64,000 bases of DNA, taken from positions 1 to 64,000 of the IMG/VR virus record IMGVR_UViG_3300032227_001336. One strand, given 5' to 3'. Within the stretch, counting starts at the first letter, position 1, and the number at the start of each line of letters is the position of its first letter. The position numbers and the translations under genes were made by a program. Of the stretch, positions 39,136 to 48,990 are shown in pieces. This DNA is from a virus (Duplodnaviria > Caudoviricetes). The notes beneath the pieces were generated by a model, which worked only from the letters and a program-made list of their open reading frames with translations, searched no databases and had not been told where the DNA came from.

Positions 39136-39804
39136 TTACGGAAGTGAGGTTTTACCAGTGTCACCAAAGTTTATGATATGTCCTTGATCTAAATGTAAAT
39201 CTCCAAAATTAAGAGATCCATCTTCAATTAAATCTCCTGGAGAATCTGGCGCACTAATTATTACTTGTTGTATAATTACGATTTGATTCTGTGCCTGTGG
39301 AAGAAAAGTATTCTGAATCCATTGTGTAAGAAGATTAAATTTTTGCTCAAAAATTTTACCTTGAGCATCAAACGCTCCTGGAAGTTTAGGAGCTTCTAAA
39401 AGAAATGTTCTTAAATTAACAGACCATTCTAAAGTATACGGTATTTGATTTAGAGTTGCTGCAACTGGATTGTCTGTGAATTGATAATAAAAAGCTGGGT
39501 AATTTATTCTATCAATATGAAGAGTCACTGATATTGTTGCGTTATTGACTGTGTTAGAATTAAAAGTACCAGCAAAACAAGTGTAGCCTCCTCCAGCAGG
39601 AACTTCGCCTTGGTAGGAAGGCATACTTGTAAAAGATGTATATGAAAGTTGTCTAACTGGTCTTCGGGGACCAGTCGGATGAGTTCTGTTCCATTCATTA
39701 TCGAGTTTCATTGCGATAGCTTCTGCTGCTACTGCGCCTGCACTTTTTCCATAATTGGTGTTTAAGCAATCGTCACTATCGTATTTTACCCATCCGTCTG
39801 ACAT
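39136..39804 (-). CDS. hypothetical protein, paralogue of 38422..39090
   Basis: See paralogue; AAGGAG upstream. Confidence 0.8.
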   Translation of the reverse strand: MSDGWVKYDSDDCLNTNYGKSAGAVAAEAIAMKLDNEWNRTHPTGPRRPVRQLSYTSFTSMPSYQGEVPAGGGYTCFAGTFNSNTVNNATISVTLHIDRINYPAFYYQFTDNPVAATLNQIPYTLEWSVNLRTFLLEAPKLPGAFDAQGKIFEQKFNLLTQWIQNTFLPQAQNQIVIIQQVIISAPDSPGDLIEDGSLNFGDLHLDQGHIINFGDTGKTSLP

Positions 39805-39820
39805 GTAATTCCCTATCTCC

Positions 39821-40477
39821 TTAGCACCAAACTATGCAAGGATTAAAAATTGGCGCAATGGGTTGCGCATTAAACGGTGTTGGATTATTTGGTCTTGGCC
39901 AGAGTAAATTTCCTTTTATATCAAATGATCCATATCCACATGGATATCCATCTGCACCGTAAGCATCACTAGTTCCTAATGGACATCCTTCAAAATGACC
40001 ATCTGTATAGTATGTTACTGTTGTAGTTTTAGTCCAAACTGGTTGATTATACTTATTACCTTTTGGTAGATAAGCTCCTTTATCTTTTAATCCAATAGCT
40101 GCTTCAATTAAATCTTGCCAATCACTATCTGAGCATTCAGATATTACTTGAGCTAATCCGTTATCTGTGCTAGCTCCATTTAACCATCCTTCTCCATGTT
40201 CTTGAATATATTCATTAGCTTTACTTATAACTGCTCCAGGAATAGGTTGAGTTAAAGATATAGATGGACTTACATTTACGTTTTGTACTGTACAAGTTAA
40301 TCCGTTTACTTTTGCTTCAACTTTATAAGTAACAGTTCCGACTTGGATAGAAGGAGATGTAGGAGGTGCTCCAGCGCTATCAACATCTTCTTCTACTGTT
40401 GGCTCTTTTAATGCATCAAACGTTTCATAAATATCACAAGCATTAGGAGAGCAATAAAAATCTGAACAATTTGGCAT
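39821..40477 (-). CDS. hypothetical Cys/Pro-containing protein
   Basis: 218-aa ORF; GTGTAAT 8 nt upstream (40486-40492). Confidence 0.75.
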   Translation of the reverse strand: MPNCSDFYCSPNACDIYETFDALKEPTVEEDVDSAGAPPTSPSIQVGTVTYKVEAKVNGLTCTVQNVNVSPSISLTQPIPGAVISKANEYIQEHGEGWLNGASTDNGLAQVISECSDSDWQDLIEAAIGLKDKGAYLPKGNKYNQPVWTKTTTVTYYTDGHFEGCPLGTSDAYGADGYPCGYGSFDIKGNLLWPRPNNPTPFNAQPIAPIFNPCIVWC

Positions 40478-40533
40478 ATACTTATATTACACTTTTTTTA
40501 AAAAAAAATCTAAAATACTTTAACCTAGTATAT

Positions 40534-40570
40534 AAAAAAAGAATCTGGTAGGGATAAACCTACCAGATTC
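40534..40570 (-). terminator. intrinsic terminator after major capsid gene
   Basis: Perfect 12-bp stem GAATCTGGTAGG/CCTACCAGATTC, 6-nt loop, 7-U tail on minus strand. Confidence 0.92.
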
Positions 40571-40594
40571 CTTTATGCTAAACTTTTTTAAAAT

Positions 40595-41659
40595 TTAGAC
40601 AAGAATTCCTGCAACTGCACGGCCGTCGATACAAACGCGACCCTCTTCGAGGAAACCGTAGAAACCAGTTTTCTCGTTGCGAGTTACGAATTGATCGTCA
40701 GGAAGAACTGTGAATGTTCCACCACTTTCGGCTTGACGAGCAACAGGGCGGATGAATGATTCTTTTGTTAGATCAACTCCGACTAGAATTTGTTTGGCTG
40801 TATTGGCTACTCCGCCATTAGCTGTAACTAGAGAAGCAAATAGAGTGTTGTATTTTTGTCCAACACCTAGTTCAACTAGTTGATGTAATGTTACGCCAAA
40901 GATTTCACCAGCACCAGCATTACGGAAGATTTCTTCACGAACAGTGTTTGGTGCTGTTTCTTTGTTAACAGTTCCACCAATTGGATTGAACGCTAGCTCT
41001 CTAACTTGTCCCATGATCTCAGGACTCAAGAATAAATCTGTTAGTCCGTAAGTATCAGTGGTTGTACCACCAGCATAAGAGGTATTAATTCTTTTTACTA
41101 GTGTCATTAGATTGCTCAAATCAACCAATTGTAAAGTTCCAGCTGTAACAGCATCAACGATATGATCTGCACCATTGGAACGGGCTTCAGCAAGAGCTTT
41201 TAGAACTACTGCCCAAGCATTGCGCTCTTGTTTAACAAGAACTTCATTGCTCATGCGCTCTACAGCTTTACTAACTACATCAAGACGGCCACGGCGAGCA
41301 TAGCGTTTTAGGAAACTTACAGCGCTATCTAAACGATAGGTTGAAATTTTCATTTCGCTAAATCCTTCTACTGTGGAAGAAGGAAGTCCACCTGCGACGG
41401 TTTGACTCCAGGTAGTTACATAATCTTGACTTTGATTATAGTAAAGGTCTAGAGGGAGACTAGGATTATCATCTTCGTCATATGGTGCATCACTATAGAT
41501 TGCACTGGCTGTTCCAGCTTGTAGCAAAACTTTGCTAACGACTGGGCCAATGAAAGCTGCAAAAGCTTCAGTAGCTTCGCGAGCTACTGCAACATCTCTG
41601 CTGCCCATGGCTTTAACAAGTTCTACTTGTTCTGGTGTGTTTTTTAATTTGATCTTCAT
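40595..41659 (-). CDS. major capsid protein (HK97 fold, predicted)
   Basis: 354 aa, follows protease/scaffold and decoration genes; AAAGGAG RBS, higher GC, strong terminator. Confidence 0.85.
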   Translation of the reverse strand: MKIKLKNTPEQVELVKAMGSRDVAVAREATEAFAAFIGPVVSKVLLQAGTASAIYSDAPYDEDDNPSLPLDLYYNQSQDYVTTWSQTVAGGLPSSTVEGFSEMKISTYRLDSAVSFLKRYARRGRLDVVSKAVERMSNEVLVKQERNAWAVVLKALAEARSNGADHIVDAVTAGTLQLVDLSNLMTLVKRINTSYAGGTTTDTYGLTDLFLSPEIMGQVRELAFNPIGGTVNKETAPNTVREEIFRNAGAGEIFGVTLHQLVELGVGQKYNTLFASLVTANGGVANTAKQILVGVDLTKESFIRPVARQAESGGTFTVLPDDQFVTRNEKTGFYGFLEEGRVCIDGRAVAGILV

Positions 41660-41680
41660 TTTAAATTTTCTCCTTTAAAA

Positions 41681-42262
41681 TTAGAAGTTAACGCGAATAA
41701 TGGCTTGACCATTATAAGGTCTGCTTAGTAGAGTACCTACTCTGCCAGCGCCGTTATCGGTGGTAGAAAGTTCACCAGCAACTGTGCCTAGGTAAACTCC
41801 TGCTCCTGGATTTACAGGGGAGATTTGAGTTCCACTGTAACTGATAACTCCGCGAGTTAGAACTGGTACTGATTGTCCACTAACAACAACGTTCATCTCT
41901 GCAGCCTTACGAGGATTGAAAACGAGTTTTTCGCCGTTTTCATCAAGTTCGCGTACATCGAGTAGAGTGATACCAATAGCATTTTCGCCAGAAACGGCGG
42001 CTGATACTTTTGATGTTACTCCCCAACGAGTTGAAACTGTATTTGCGTATGTGGCTCCAAGACCATCAACTAGATCAACTGGATTTGTTCCATTGAGTCC
42101 AGAATTTGGTACTGCAACTGGCATAAAGCCGCTGCCTACGATTTTAACTACTGTTCCTCTACTGGCGATAAGACCATTTGCGTCTTGATCTCCACTATAG
42201 GAAAATAGGTTGATTACATCATGTTCGCTGTAATCTCTAAATGGTTTTAATGTATGTGCCAT
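41681..42262 (-). CDS. capsid decoration/cement protein
   Basis: Gly/Val-rich 193 aa between scaffold and capsid genes (lambda gpD position); AAGGAG RBS. Confidence 0.7.
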   Translation of the reverse strand: MAHTLKPFRDYSEHDVINLFSYSGDQDANGLIASRGTVVKIVGSGFMPVAVPNSGLNGTNPVDLVDGLGATYANTVSTRWGVTSKVSAAVSGENAIGITLLDVRELDENGEKLVFNPRKAAEMNVVVSGQSVPVLTRGVISYSGTQISPVNPGAGVYLGTVAGELSTTDNGAGRVGTLLSRPYNGQAIIRVNF

Positions 42263-42278
42263 TTTATTATCTCCTTAT

Positions 42279-43790
42279 TTATTTAATATCAAAACCTTCT
42301 AAACCAAAAGCGTTACTAAATTTTTCTTTTAGTGTTAGCTCTGTGGCTGTTGAAGAATTTGGGATTGAAGTTTTCTCTACTTTACTTGTTTCGAGAGCTT
42401 CGTCTACAACTTCGGTTGCAGAAAGTGTTGAAGCTTGAGAAGCCATCATTTCTTTTTCTTTTTTAGATGCATCTTCTTTTGCTTTTTTGGCTGCTTTATT
42501 TTTCTCTTTCATGAGAACAGACATTTTATTCTTATAAGCAGCAAATGTTTCTTCGGTTAAATCTTTGATATCATCAGCGATGATTTTGCGATCTTCGTCA
42601 GATAGATCAAACTCTTCATCTAGTGATGCCATGCGAATATTAAAAGATTCTTCTTTCTCTTTAGCAACTTTCTCTTCTTCGAGTTTTGCTAGAGAAGCCT
42701 TGAGTTTTTCAAGTTCTTCTTTTACTTTTTCGCTTTCAACTGAAAGTGATTCGTATTTTTCTTGAGCGGCTTTAATAGCGTTATCTTTTTCACTCTTTTC
42801 GGCTACAAAAGCTTCAGAAGCTTTTTTGAGCTCATCTTGAATGAAATCGGTTATGCTAGAAGCAGTTGCTTGCTTCAAAAGCTCGTCTGTTATTTGGTTA
42901 ATATTTTCTATTTTCATAATTATTCTATTTATAACTCCTTCTTCTTTTACATTATTTTCTTCGTTTTGTGAAATGTTATTTTCACTAGTTTGAATTGCTG
43001 ACTCAGATTCTTCATCATTTTGAGATAATTCTATTTCTATAGAATCATCTTTTACAGCTACTCCTTCAACATCTGCGGCTGGATTATATGTTAAACCTAC
43101 GCCTAATGGAATAACATTTCCTATTACTTGGCGATAGACATTAACGCTATTGTTAATTTTACCATTTCCACCTAAAGATTTTAAATTTTTACTTAATTTT
43201 TGCACTTCTTTATCATCTGTTATAATTTCTGCATCTTCTAAAGATTTAGAGTCATTTTTAAGAAGAGCAAGATTGTAATCATTAAATCCTAATTCCCAAC
43301 TTGCACTTACTTTCATGTAATTTTCACTAGAAGGATCATTACTTTCTTCTATTAAATTTGATAATTTAGGATTAATAACCTTCCAGATTACTCCACCTAA
43401 AGTAATATAAAATGGTCCATTTAAATCTTTTACTTCTGATTGACTAATAGGTTCGTTTGTTCCAAATTTACTAAAACTAGCTGTTAATATGCATCCTATT
43501 ACTTTGGTACGATCATGTTCAATATTAATTGGTTTATTAATGAAATTTTGTGCAATTTCTGATGCAGTAGCAGAGTCTATAACGTCGCCGTTTTTATTTA
43601 TTCTATTTACAACACATGCATCAAATGCTATTGGAAGAAGGTCTATATTCTTATCTGTATCAATATCTGGTACAAATTTTTTAAGATTAGATAAAGAAGC
43701 TAAAGCTAGATATTTATCTTTTTCTTCACTAACTAATGGTTTAATTTGCAAATTAGCAAATATTGTTGAATTTTTAAATTTATTTTTCAT
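42279..43790 (-). CDS. prohead protease fused to coiled-coil scaffold
   Basis: NKNGD, INIEHD, SASWELGF, GVGLTYNPAA in N-half; E/K-rich coiled coil in C-half. Confidence 0.8.
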   Translation of the reverse strand: MKNKFKNSTIFANLQIKPLVSEEKDKYLALASLSNLKKFVPDIDTDKNIDLLPIAFDACVVNRINKNGDVIDSATASEIAQNFINKPINIEHDRTKVIGCILTASFSKFGTNEPISQSEVKDLNGPFYITLGGVIWKVINPKLSNLIEESNDPSSENYMKVSASWELGFNDYNLALLKNDSKSLEDAEIITDDKEVQKLSKNLKSLGGNGKINNSVNVYRQVIGNVIPLGVGLTYNPAADVEGVAVKDDSIEIELSQNDEESESAIQTSENNISQNEENNVKEEGVINRIIMKIENINQITDELLKQATASSITDFIQDELKKASEAFVAEKSEKDNAIKAAQEKYESLSVESEKVKEELEKLKASLAKLEEEKVAKEKEESFNIRMASLDEEFDLSDEDRKIIADDIKDLTEETFAAYKNKMSVLMKEKNKAAKKAKEDASKKEKEMMASQASTLSATEVVDEALETSKVEKTSIPNSSTATELTLKEKFSNAFGLEGFDIK

Positions 43791-43793
43791 ATA

Positions 43794-44300
43794 TTAAATG
43801 TCTAATCTATATGTTACACTATCTTCTTCATCTTCTAGATAAAGATCATCTGCATTTTTAAAATCAAAATCATTGAGCCCAAAAGTTTTAATATCTTCTT
43901 GCGCTTTAACGATGTCTTGCTCTTTTGGGTTAAAGCTAGCAGATATAATGTAATTATTATTGATTGCTTTTGATAAATTGTTATTTGATCCAATAAAAGA
44001 TGAAATATCATTTACCATTCTTAAAAACATATTTACTCTTGCTAAAGCGAATTCATTAAAGTTTCCTTCAAAGGGTTCTGAATTTCTATAAACTTTTTTA
44101 AGTTGAGAAAAGGTAACTTTTTTTGAATTATTAGAATTATGATCTTTGCATTTAGCTTTAAGAATTTCTAGTATTTTCTTAGAAAATTCTATAGCTTTAT
44201 CGTTTTTAATTAATTCAGTATTATGATTTTTAGATCCTTTGAAATTTGGCTTGTAATTTTGTACTAATTCAAAGCCCAAATTATCTGAATTATAATTCAT
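43794..44300 (-). CDS. hypothetical head-region protein (ARVNxFL motif)
   Basis: LKKVYR..FALARVNMFLRM; GTGTATA 7 nt upstream. Confidence 0.65.
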   Translation of the reverse strand: MNYNSDNLGFELVQNYKPNFKGSKNHNTELIKNDKAIEFSKKILEILKAKCKDHNSNNSKKVTFSQLKKVYRNSEPFEGNFNEFALARVNMFLRMVNDISSFIGSNNNLSKAINNNYIISASFNPKEQDIVKAQEDIKTFGLNDFDFKNADDLYLEDEEDSVTYRLDI

Positions 44301-44400
44301 AAATATATATACACTTATAACGTATTAAAATTAATTAAATATATAATATTTTTGCTTGTCATGTTGAATTATATTATTATAATGAAATTAAAATATATAT

Positions 44401-44550
44401 CTATTTTTTATATAATTCTTTTGTTACATCATCCGCAGAACCCATTGTTGGTGTTTCTGGATATTTAGTTGGTAATTCCCTACTATCAAAATCTGGTTCT
44501 GAACAACTAATTAATAAAAATAAAGGTAATATTAATATTAATTTATTCAT
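44401..44550 (-). CDS. small lipoprotein, 49 aa (not in ORF track)
   Basis: MNKLILILPLFLLISCSEPDFDSRELPTKYPETPTMGSADDVTKELYKK; lipobox LISC; GTGTAAT at 44559-44565, 8 nt upstream; TAATG overlap. Confidence 0.8.
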   Translation of the reverse strand: MNKLILILPLFLLISCSEPDFDSRELPTKYPETPTMGSADDVTKELYKK

Positions 44551-45863
44551 TAATATGGATTACACTGAGTAACTGCGGTTGGATTTGATTCAATGTATAC
44601 TCCTTGAGTATAGTTTTTAGGAATTCTGAATCTTGTTCCGACTGCTGTAAATGAATAAATAGTAGAACTAAAAAGTTGAGTAGTTTTTAATTGTAAAGTC
44701 CATAATCCATTACAATACATTAGAGTTGATTCATATGGATCATATGATCTTCCATAATATGTATTTATGTAATTATCTACAGATCCTAAAACTGGAAAAT
44801 TCGTAGATTGATCTATTTCTGTTATTATAAATGTTCTTTTACATTCCTCTCCAGAATTAACATCACTAGCTGTTGAAGCGTCTGTATTAGCTGTTGTTAT
44901 TCCAAAAATATCAAATCCCACAGTTTGCGATCTAACAAGACCTGGATAAGAGTCTGATAGAGGAGTTACGTTTATTTTTGCTGAATTAGTATTTGTTTTT
45001 TTAATTATGCAATTTTTTTTATTAAGATTTAAATCAAAAACAGTAAGTTGATATCCGCCACCAAGAGTATTCATTACTGTATTAATTTGATCTATATAAG
45101 GAGCAATAAAAGTAGGTCCACCAGTAGAAGTATATCTATATCCTATTATTATAAGTTTATTTTCATAAACAAAACATATTGGATTAGCAGAACTTCCGCT
45201 TCCAGATGCTTCAAAAAAACTTGCTCTTTGAGCATTAGAAGATTGGCTAAAAACTAGCCAAGAATTATTTGGATTAATATAACCGTCTTCAATGATTGCT
45301 TTTTTAGATGGAATACTAGTAAATGTTGGGAATTTATTTTCAACTGTAGCTTGAGTACATAAAAGTTGACTTCCTATTTTGCAAAAACTTACATTCGATG
45401 GTAAATCTGAATCTAATAATCCAATTCGAATATCCGAACTGCCTACTTGTAAAGAATTCGATAGGGTTCTTATATAACAAGTATTATCCATGGCAACAAA
45501 AATTAATTTTTTACCAACTTTTATTTGAAAATGATTTGCTAATAAAATGTGCCTTGGGCTAATTAGAGTACCTACTCCACCATATCCGCCAGCGTCTAGA
45601 GGCGCTGGATATCCTCCTCCATTATTCCAAACTGAAATAGGAGAAGTATCAATATTTTTCGCCCAGCATGTTGTGCTTCTTATGAAAACTGGATTTACTG
45701 GATCAGTAGAACTATCTCCATTACAGCAAGTTCCATTTGGTTGCATTGTACTAAAAATAAGTTTTGTTGAATCATTTGCAGTTAAACCATTTATCGCAGA
45801 ATCAATATCTGTTGATAAAAGATTTTTGTACCAATTTGGTGTTCTGCTTATTTTAAATGCCAT
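44550..45863 (-). CDS. trypsin-like serine protease domain protein with C-terminal extension
   Basis: GTLISPRHILLANH (His), SDIRIG (Asp), GSSANP (variant of GDSGxP). Confidence 0.7.
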   Translation of the reverse strand: MAFKISRTPNWYKNLLSTDIDSAINGLTANDSTKLIFSTMQPNGTCCNGDSSTDPVNPVFIRSTTCWAKNIDTSPISVWNNGGGYPAPLDAGGYGGVGTLISPRHILLANHFQIKVGKKLIFVAMDNTCYIRTLSNSLQVGSSDIRIGLLDSDLPSNVSFCKIGSQLLCTQATVENKFPTFTSIPSKKAIIEDGYINPNNSWLVFSQSSNAQRASFFEASGSGSSANPICFVYENKLIIIGYRYTSTGGPTFIAPYIDQINTVMNTLGGGYQLTVFDLNLNKKNCIIKKTNTNSAKINVTPLSDSYPGLVRSQTVGFDIFGITTANTDASTASDVNSGEECKRTFIITEIDQSTNFPVLGSVDNYINTYYGRSYDPYESTLMYCNGLWTLQLKTTQLFSSTIYSFTAVGTRFRIPKNYTQGVYIESNPTAVTQCNPY

Positions 45864-45871
45864 GAAATATA

Positions 45872-46498
45872 TTACACTTTTAAAGATTCTTCAATTAATT
45901 TAGCTTCTGCGTCTCGTCTGCGACTCATGCCTTTTTCGATGCTTCCACCAATCCAGATTCTTTTCATATTTCTTATTTGATTAGCTATAAAAGTTAAAGC
46001 TTTTTGATCATAAGAGGATACTAATTTCATACCATCTCTTATTAATTTCATTTCGCGGCGACGATCACCTTCTAATGCATTTCCTCTATTAAATACAAGA
46101 CTAACTAATCCGCCTTTTGCATCTTCTGGAAGATTATCAAAATTAGGAAAAGTTTTTTGTGTCAAGTTGTAAAATTTAGTTACTGTTTTATTATTAAATA
46201 CTTTTAGTGCAAGATCCCAAGGAATAGTTATATCTTTTAACCCTCTAATAAGATTCTTAGCATTGTATCCTTTGATACCAACTACTTTATATAATCTATC
46301 AAAAATTTCTTTGGGAAGATCTTTCCAGTCTTCAGTGAATTCTGTTTTATTTACATAACCTAAATCATAACCAACACCAATTGTAACTCCACTTTGCTCT
46401 CCTGGCCATGCTGGATTTTTTAAAAATTTATTATAGTAGTTTTCACCACCACCAACTTCAAATTCGAGAATAAGATCTAAGGATTTTTTATTTAACAT
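45872..46498 (-). CDS. endolysin, lysozyme-fold (GH24/pesticin-like muramidase)
   Basis: ILEFE..WPGEQSGVTIGVGYDLG..LVSLVFNRG..GMSRRRDAEA. Confidence 0.88.
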   Translation of the reverse strand: MLNKKSLDLILEFEVGGGENYYNKFLKNPAWPGEQSGVTIGVGYDLGYVNKTEFTEDWKDLPKEIFDRLYKVVGIKGYNAKNLIRGLKDITIPWDLALKVFNNKTVTKFYNLTQKTFPNFDNLPEDAKGGLVSLVFNRGNALEGDRRREMKLIRDGMKLVSSYDQKALTFIANQIRNMKRIWIGGSIEKGMSRRRDAEAKLIEESLKV

Positions 46499-46501
46499 AA
46501 T

Positions 46502-47947
46502 TTAATTTTGTGCATCAGGGAAATTTACAAATGATGGATTAAAATTACTTGTATATACAGCTCTTTGAGTCCATCTCATATTTGAAATATAAATATCATA
46601 TCCATTACCAAAATCATGTCCAGCTCCCCATTCCCAATAAGCATATTCATATACAGGATTACCACGATTATCAGTCGTATAAGGTGTTTCTGCGCTATTT
46701 ATTCCATTTATATAAGTAGTCGTTTTTCCTAAAGATTTATCTGAAACAATTGCAATATGATTCCAGGAATTTAAGTTAAATATAGATGGACTCGTTTGAT
46801 ATGGAACTCCTGGATTTTCCTCTGTATTAACATAAACAAGAACACTTCTATCTCCTTGAAATAATATACTAAGTGGATCACCATAATCTGATCTTAAAAG
46901 AATAAATGCGCCTGGGAAACCAAACGCATTGATATCTAAATCAATAGATGTTGCATAAAACCAACATTCTATTGTAGAACTTTTAGTTAAATCAAGCATT
47001 CCTATTTGACCAAATCCTGCTGTAGAATATAATGCACCATAAGTATTTTCAAGTTGCGGACTTGGACTTAAATGTAAACAATTAGAATTTGGGCAACCTG
47101 CTGGTGCAGTTGTAATTTCTTGATATGGACCTTGTATCCAAGTAGTATTTTGAGAGTTTACACTTGAATTGAAAGTATTATTAAAAATAACGCTTTTAAC
47201 TGCAGATATTTTTCCGTCACCAAGATTTTGTTTTTTAATAGAAATTTTATTATTTGGAATAGGATTGTAAATTGCATATTTAGTATTTAAATAAGCTTCA
47301 ACTTTCTGGCGTTCTGATATTGTTAATGCTCTATTATAAATAATTATTTCTGCAATTTGTCCATCTAAGTTCCAATAACTATTTAAATCTGCATCTGTTC
47401 CAATTATTAATGGGGCAGTTGGATTTAAAGATGAAGTATCATAATCGCCATTCGCAACTTGGGTACCATTTTTGTATATTATACTTGTGAGATTGTTTGA
47501 TCTTATGGTTGAACCAATCATCCAATTATTTCCATTATCTGCGCCGTCATTTGCTATTTCGAAAAGATTACTAATCCCAACTGAAAAAGAATTATTTGGA
47601 TTTGCAGTTAAAGCAAAAACTAAACCTTCATAATCGCTAGTAGAAAATATTATTCCATGATCTCCTCTAGATTTTACAACAAAAAATATTGAACTATTAT
47701 TATTTAAATTTTGATTATCGCTTGTAAAATATTGACTAGCATTAAAATCTATAACTGGTTTTCCATTTATTTGGTTTGTGATTAATTGTGGATTATTATA
47801 TGCTGATGCATTTCTCCCATTCCCACTTTGATCTGCCCATGCTATTACATCTGAACCAGAAAGCGTAACGCCAGCATCAGCCTTTAGCCAAAGAGCTAAA
47901 CCTTGTAAATCTTTTGGTGAAAATTGTTTTACTAATAAACGACCCAT
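46502..47947 (-). CDS. LamG/ConA-like lectin two-domain protein
   Basis: LWLKADAGV..WADQSGNG..GQIAEIIIYNRAL..YLNTKY and TIECWFY..WNHIAIV..YING. Confidence 0.8.
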   Translation of the reverse strand: MGRLLVKQFSPKDLQGLALWLKADAGVTLSGSDVIAWADQSGNGRNASAYNNPQLITNQINGKPVIDFNASQYFTSDNQNLNNNSSIFFVVKSRGDHGIIFSTSDYEGLVFALTANPNNSFSVGISNLFEIANDGADNGNNWMIGSTIRSNNLTSIIYKNGTQVANGDYDTSSLNPTAPLIIGTDADLNSYWNLDGQIAEIIIYNRALTISERQKVEAYLNTKYAIYNPIPNNKISIKKQNLGDGKISAVKSVIFNNTFNSSVNSQNTTWIQGPYQEITTAPAGCPNSNCLHLSPSPQLENTYGALYSTAGFGQIGMLDLTKSSTIECWFYATSIDLDINAFGFPGAFILLRSDYGDPLSILFQGDRSVLVYVNTEENPGVPYQTSPSIFNLNSWNHIAIVSDKSLGKTTTYINGINSAETPYTTDNRGNPVYEYAYWEWGAGHDFGNGYDIYISNMRWTQRAVYTSNFNPSFVNFPDAQN

Positions 47948-47952
47948 TTTGT

Positions 47953-48369
47953 TTAATTATTTATTTTATCTATTGTCTTGTCTATGATGTTATCTTGAGG
48001 AACTTTTTCTTTCAACCAAGAGTTTAAAACTCCAAAATAAACAAGATGCTCGCTATCAATAAGATATAATTCATTATTGAAATTATCTTTATAAGGTTTA
48101 ATGCCAGAATCTATTTTTAGTTCTATTGCTTTTTCTTTTTTAAATTTAATCTTATACATTTCAATAAGATTGTTATATCTATCTCTAGCCTGTTTTGTAA
48201 TTAATGCATCATCTCCAATAAAAGAAATTAATCCGCCGTTATCTTTATCGTATTGTTTTGGAGTGGTCGCGTCATAAGATGATTTATCATCTTGTATTTT
48301 ATTTGGTGTTACGGTCGCACAACCAATAAGAAGAAGATTAAGAACTAATACGCTTACGAATTTCTTCAA
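47953..48369 (-). CDS. lipoprotein, o-spanin candidate
   Basis: TTG start, MKK-hydrophobic-LIGC lipobox; overlaps 3' end of preceding coiled-coil gene. Confidence 0.6.
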   Translation of the reverse strand: MKKFVSVLVLNLLLIGCATVTPNKIQDDKSSYDATTPKQYDKDNGGLISFIGDDALITKQARDRYNNLIEMYKIKFKKEKAIELKIDSGIKPYKDNFNNELYLIDSEHLVYFGVLNSWLKEKVPQDNIIDKTIDKINN

Positions 48370-48538
48370 GATTTTTCTCCTGTACTTCTTTTTCTATTTC
48401 GCTTTGATGGTTAACTTCTTTTTGCGCCTCTTGACGCTCTTTCATTTCTTTTGTATTCTTTGCTCCGAATACATTATTAATTGCTGAGAATATTCCAGAT
48501 ACTGCTGAGAGTAATGCTTGAAGTATTCCAGTTGGCAT
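48338..48538 (-). CDS. small membrane-anchored coiled-coil protein, i-spanin candidate
   Basis: Start reset to MPTGILQALL (2 nt after previous stop); hydrophobic N-terminus then E/K/Q helix. Confidence 0.55.
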   Translation of the reverse strand: MPTGILQALLSAVSGIFSAINNVFGAKNTKEMKERQEAQKEVNHQSEIEKEVQEKNLEEIRKRISS

Positions 48539-48540
48539 GA

Positions 48541-48990
48541 TTACTCTACGTAACTTGCTGTTGCATCTTTGCATCCAGATGCAATAGCGTTAAGCACCTT
48601 TATAGCTAAAGCTGTATTGCCGTCTAATCTTGCGAATTGTTGAGCATAAAGATCTTTGATCACAGTAACATAATTTGCCCAATGAGTTTTTTCTGCTGGA
48701 AGGTAATCGTTAAGAGCTTTTTGAAGTTGCTCTGGAGTTGGAGTATTTCCAACTGTTAATCCCTCAACAATTGCTGCAACATGATTAATCATCTTAGCTT
48801 TTTCAATTCTATCATTACCAGAAACTGCTTGATCAAGAACAACAGTACAAGCTAATACTACTGCTGGCTTAACATAAGGAAGAGTATTTTCAACACTTGT
48901 TGCAACATCAACTTTTCCAGTATTGGTTGTGGCACAAGCTCCAAGAAATACGCTCAAAAGAGCAACTGCGGCTAATTGTAATTTATTCAT
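48541..48990 (-). CDS. lipoprotein in lysis cassette
   Basis: MNK-hydrophobic-LGAC lipobox; helical body. Confidence 0.7.
   Translation of the reverse strand: MNKLQLAAVALLSVFLGACATTNTGKVDVATSVENTLPYVKPAVVLACTVVLDQAVSGNDRIEKAKMINHVAAIVEGLTVGNTPTPEQLQKALNDYLPAEKTHWANYVTVIKDLYAQQFARLDGNTALAIKVLNAIASGCKDATASYVE

Noticed and set aside
38422-39804. Paralogue pair as diversity-generating retroelement TR/VR
   Set aside because: Differences involve all bases and are largely synonymous, not adenine-specific; both copies are intact genes; no reverse transcriptase in the window
44352-44468. Sigma70-like promoter (TTGTCA-N16-TATAAT) and 28-aa ORF antisense to the small lipoprotein
   Set aside because: Such matches are expected in very AT-rich DNA and the ATG lies inside the -10 box
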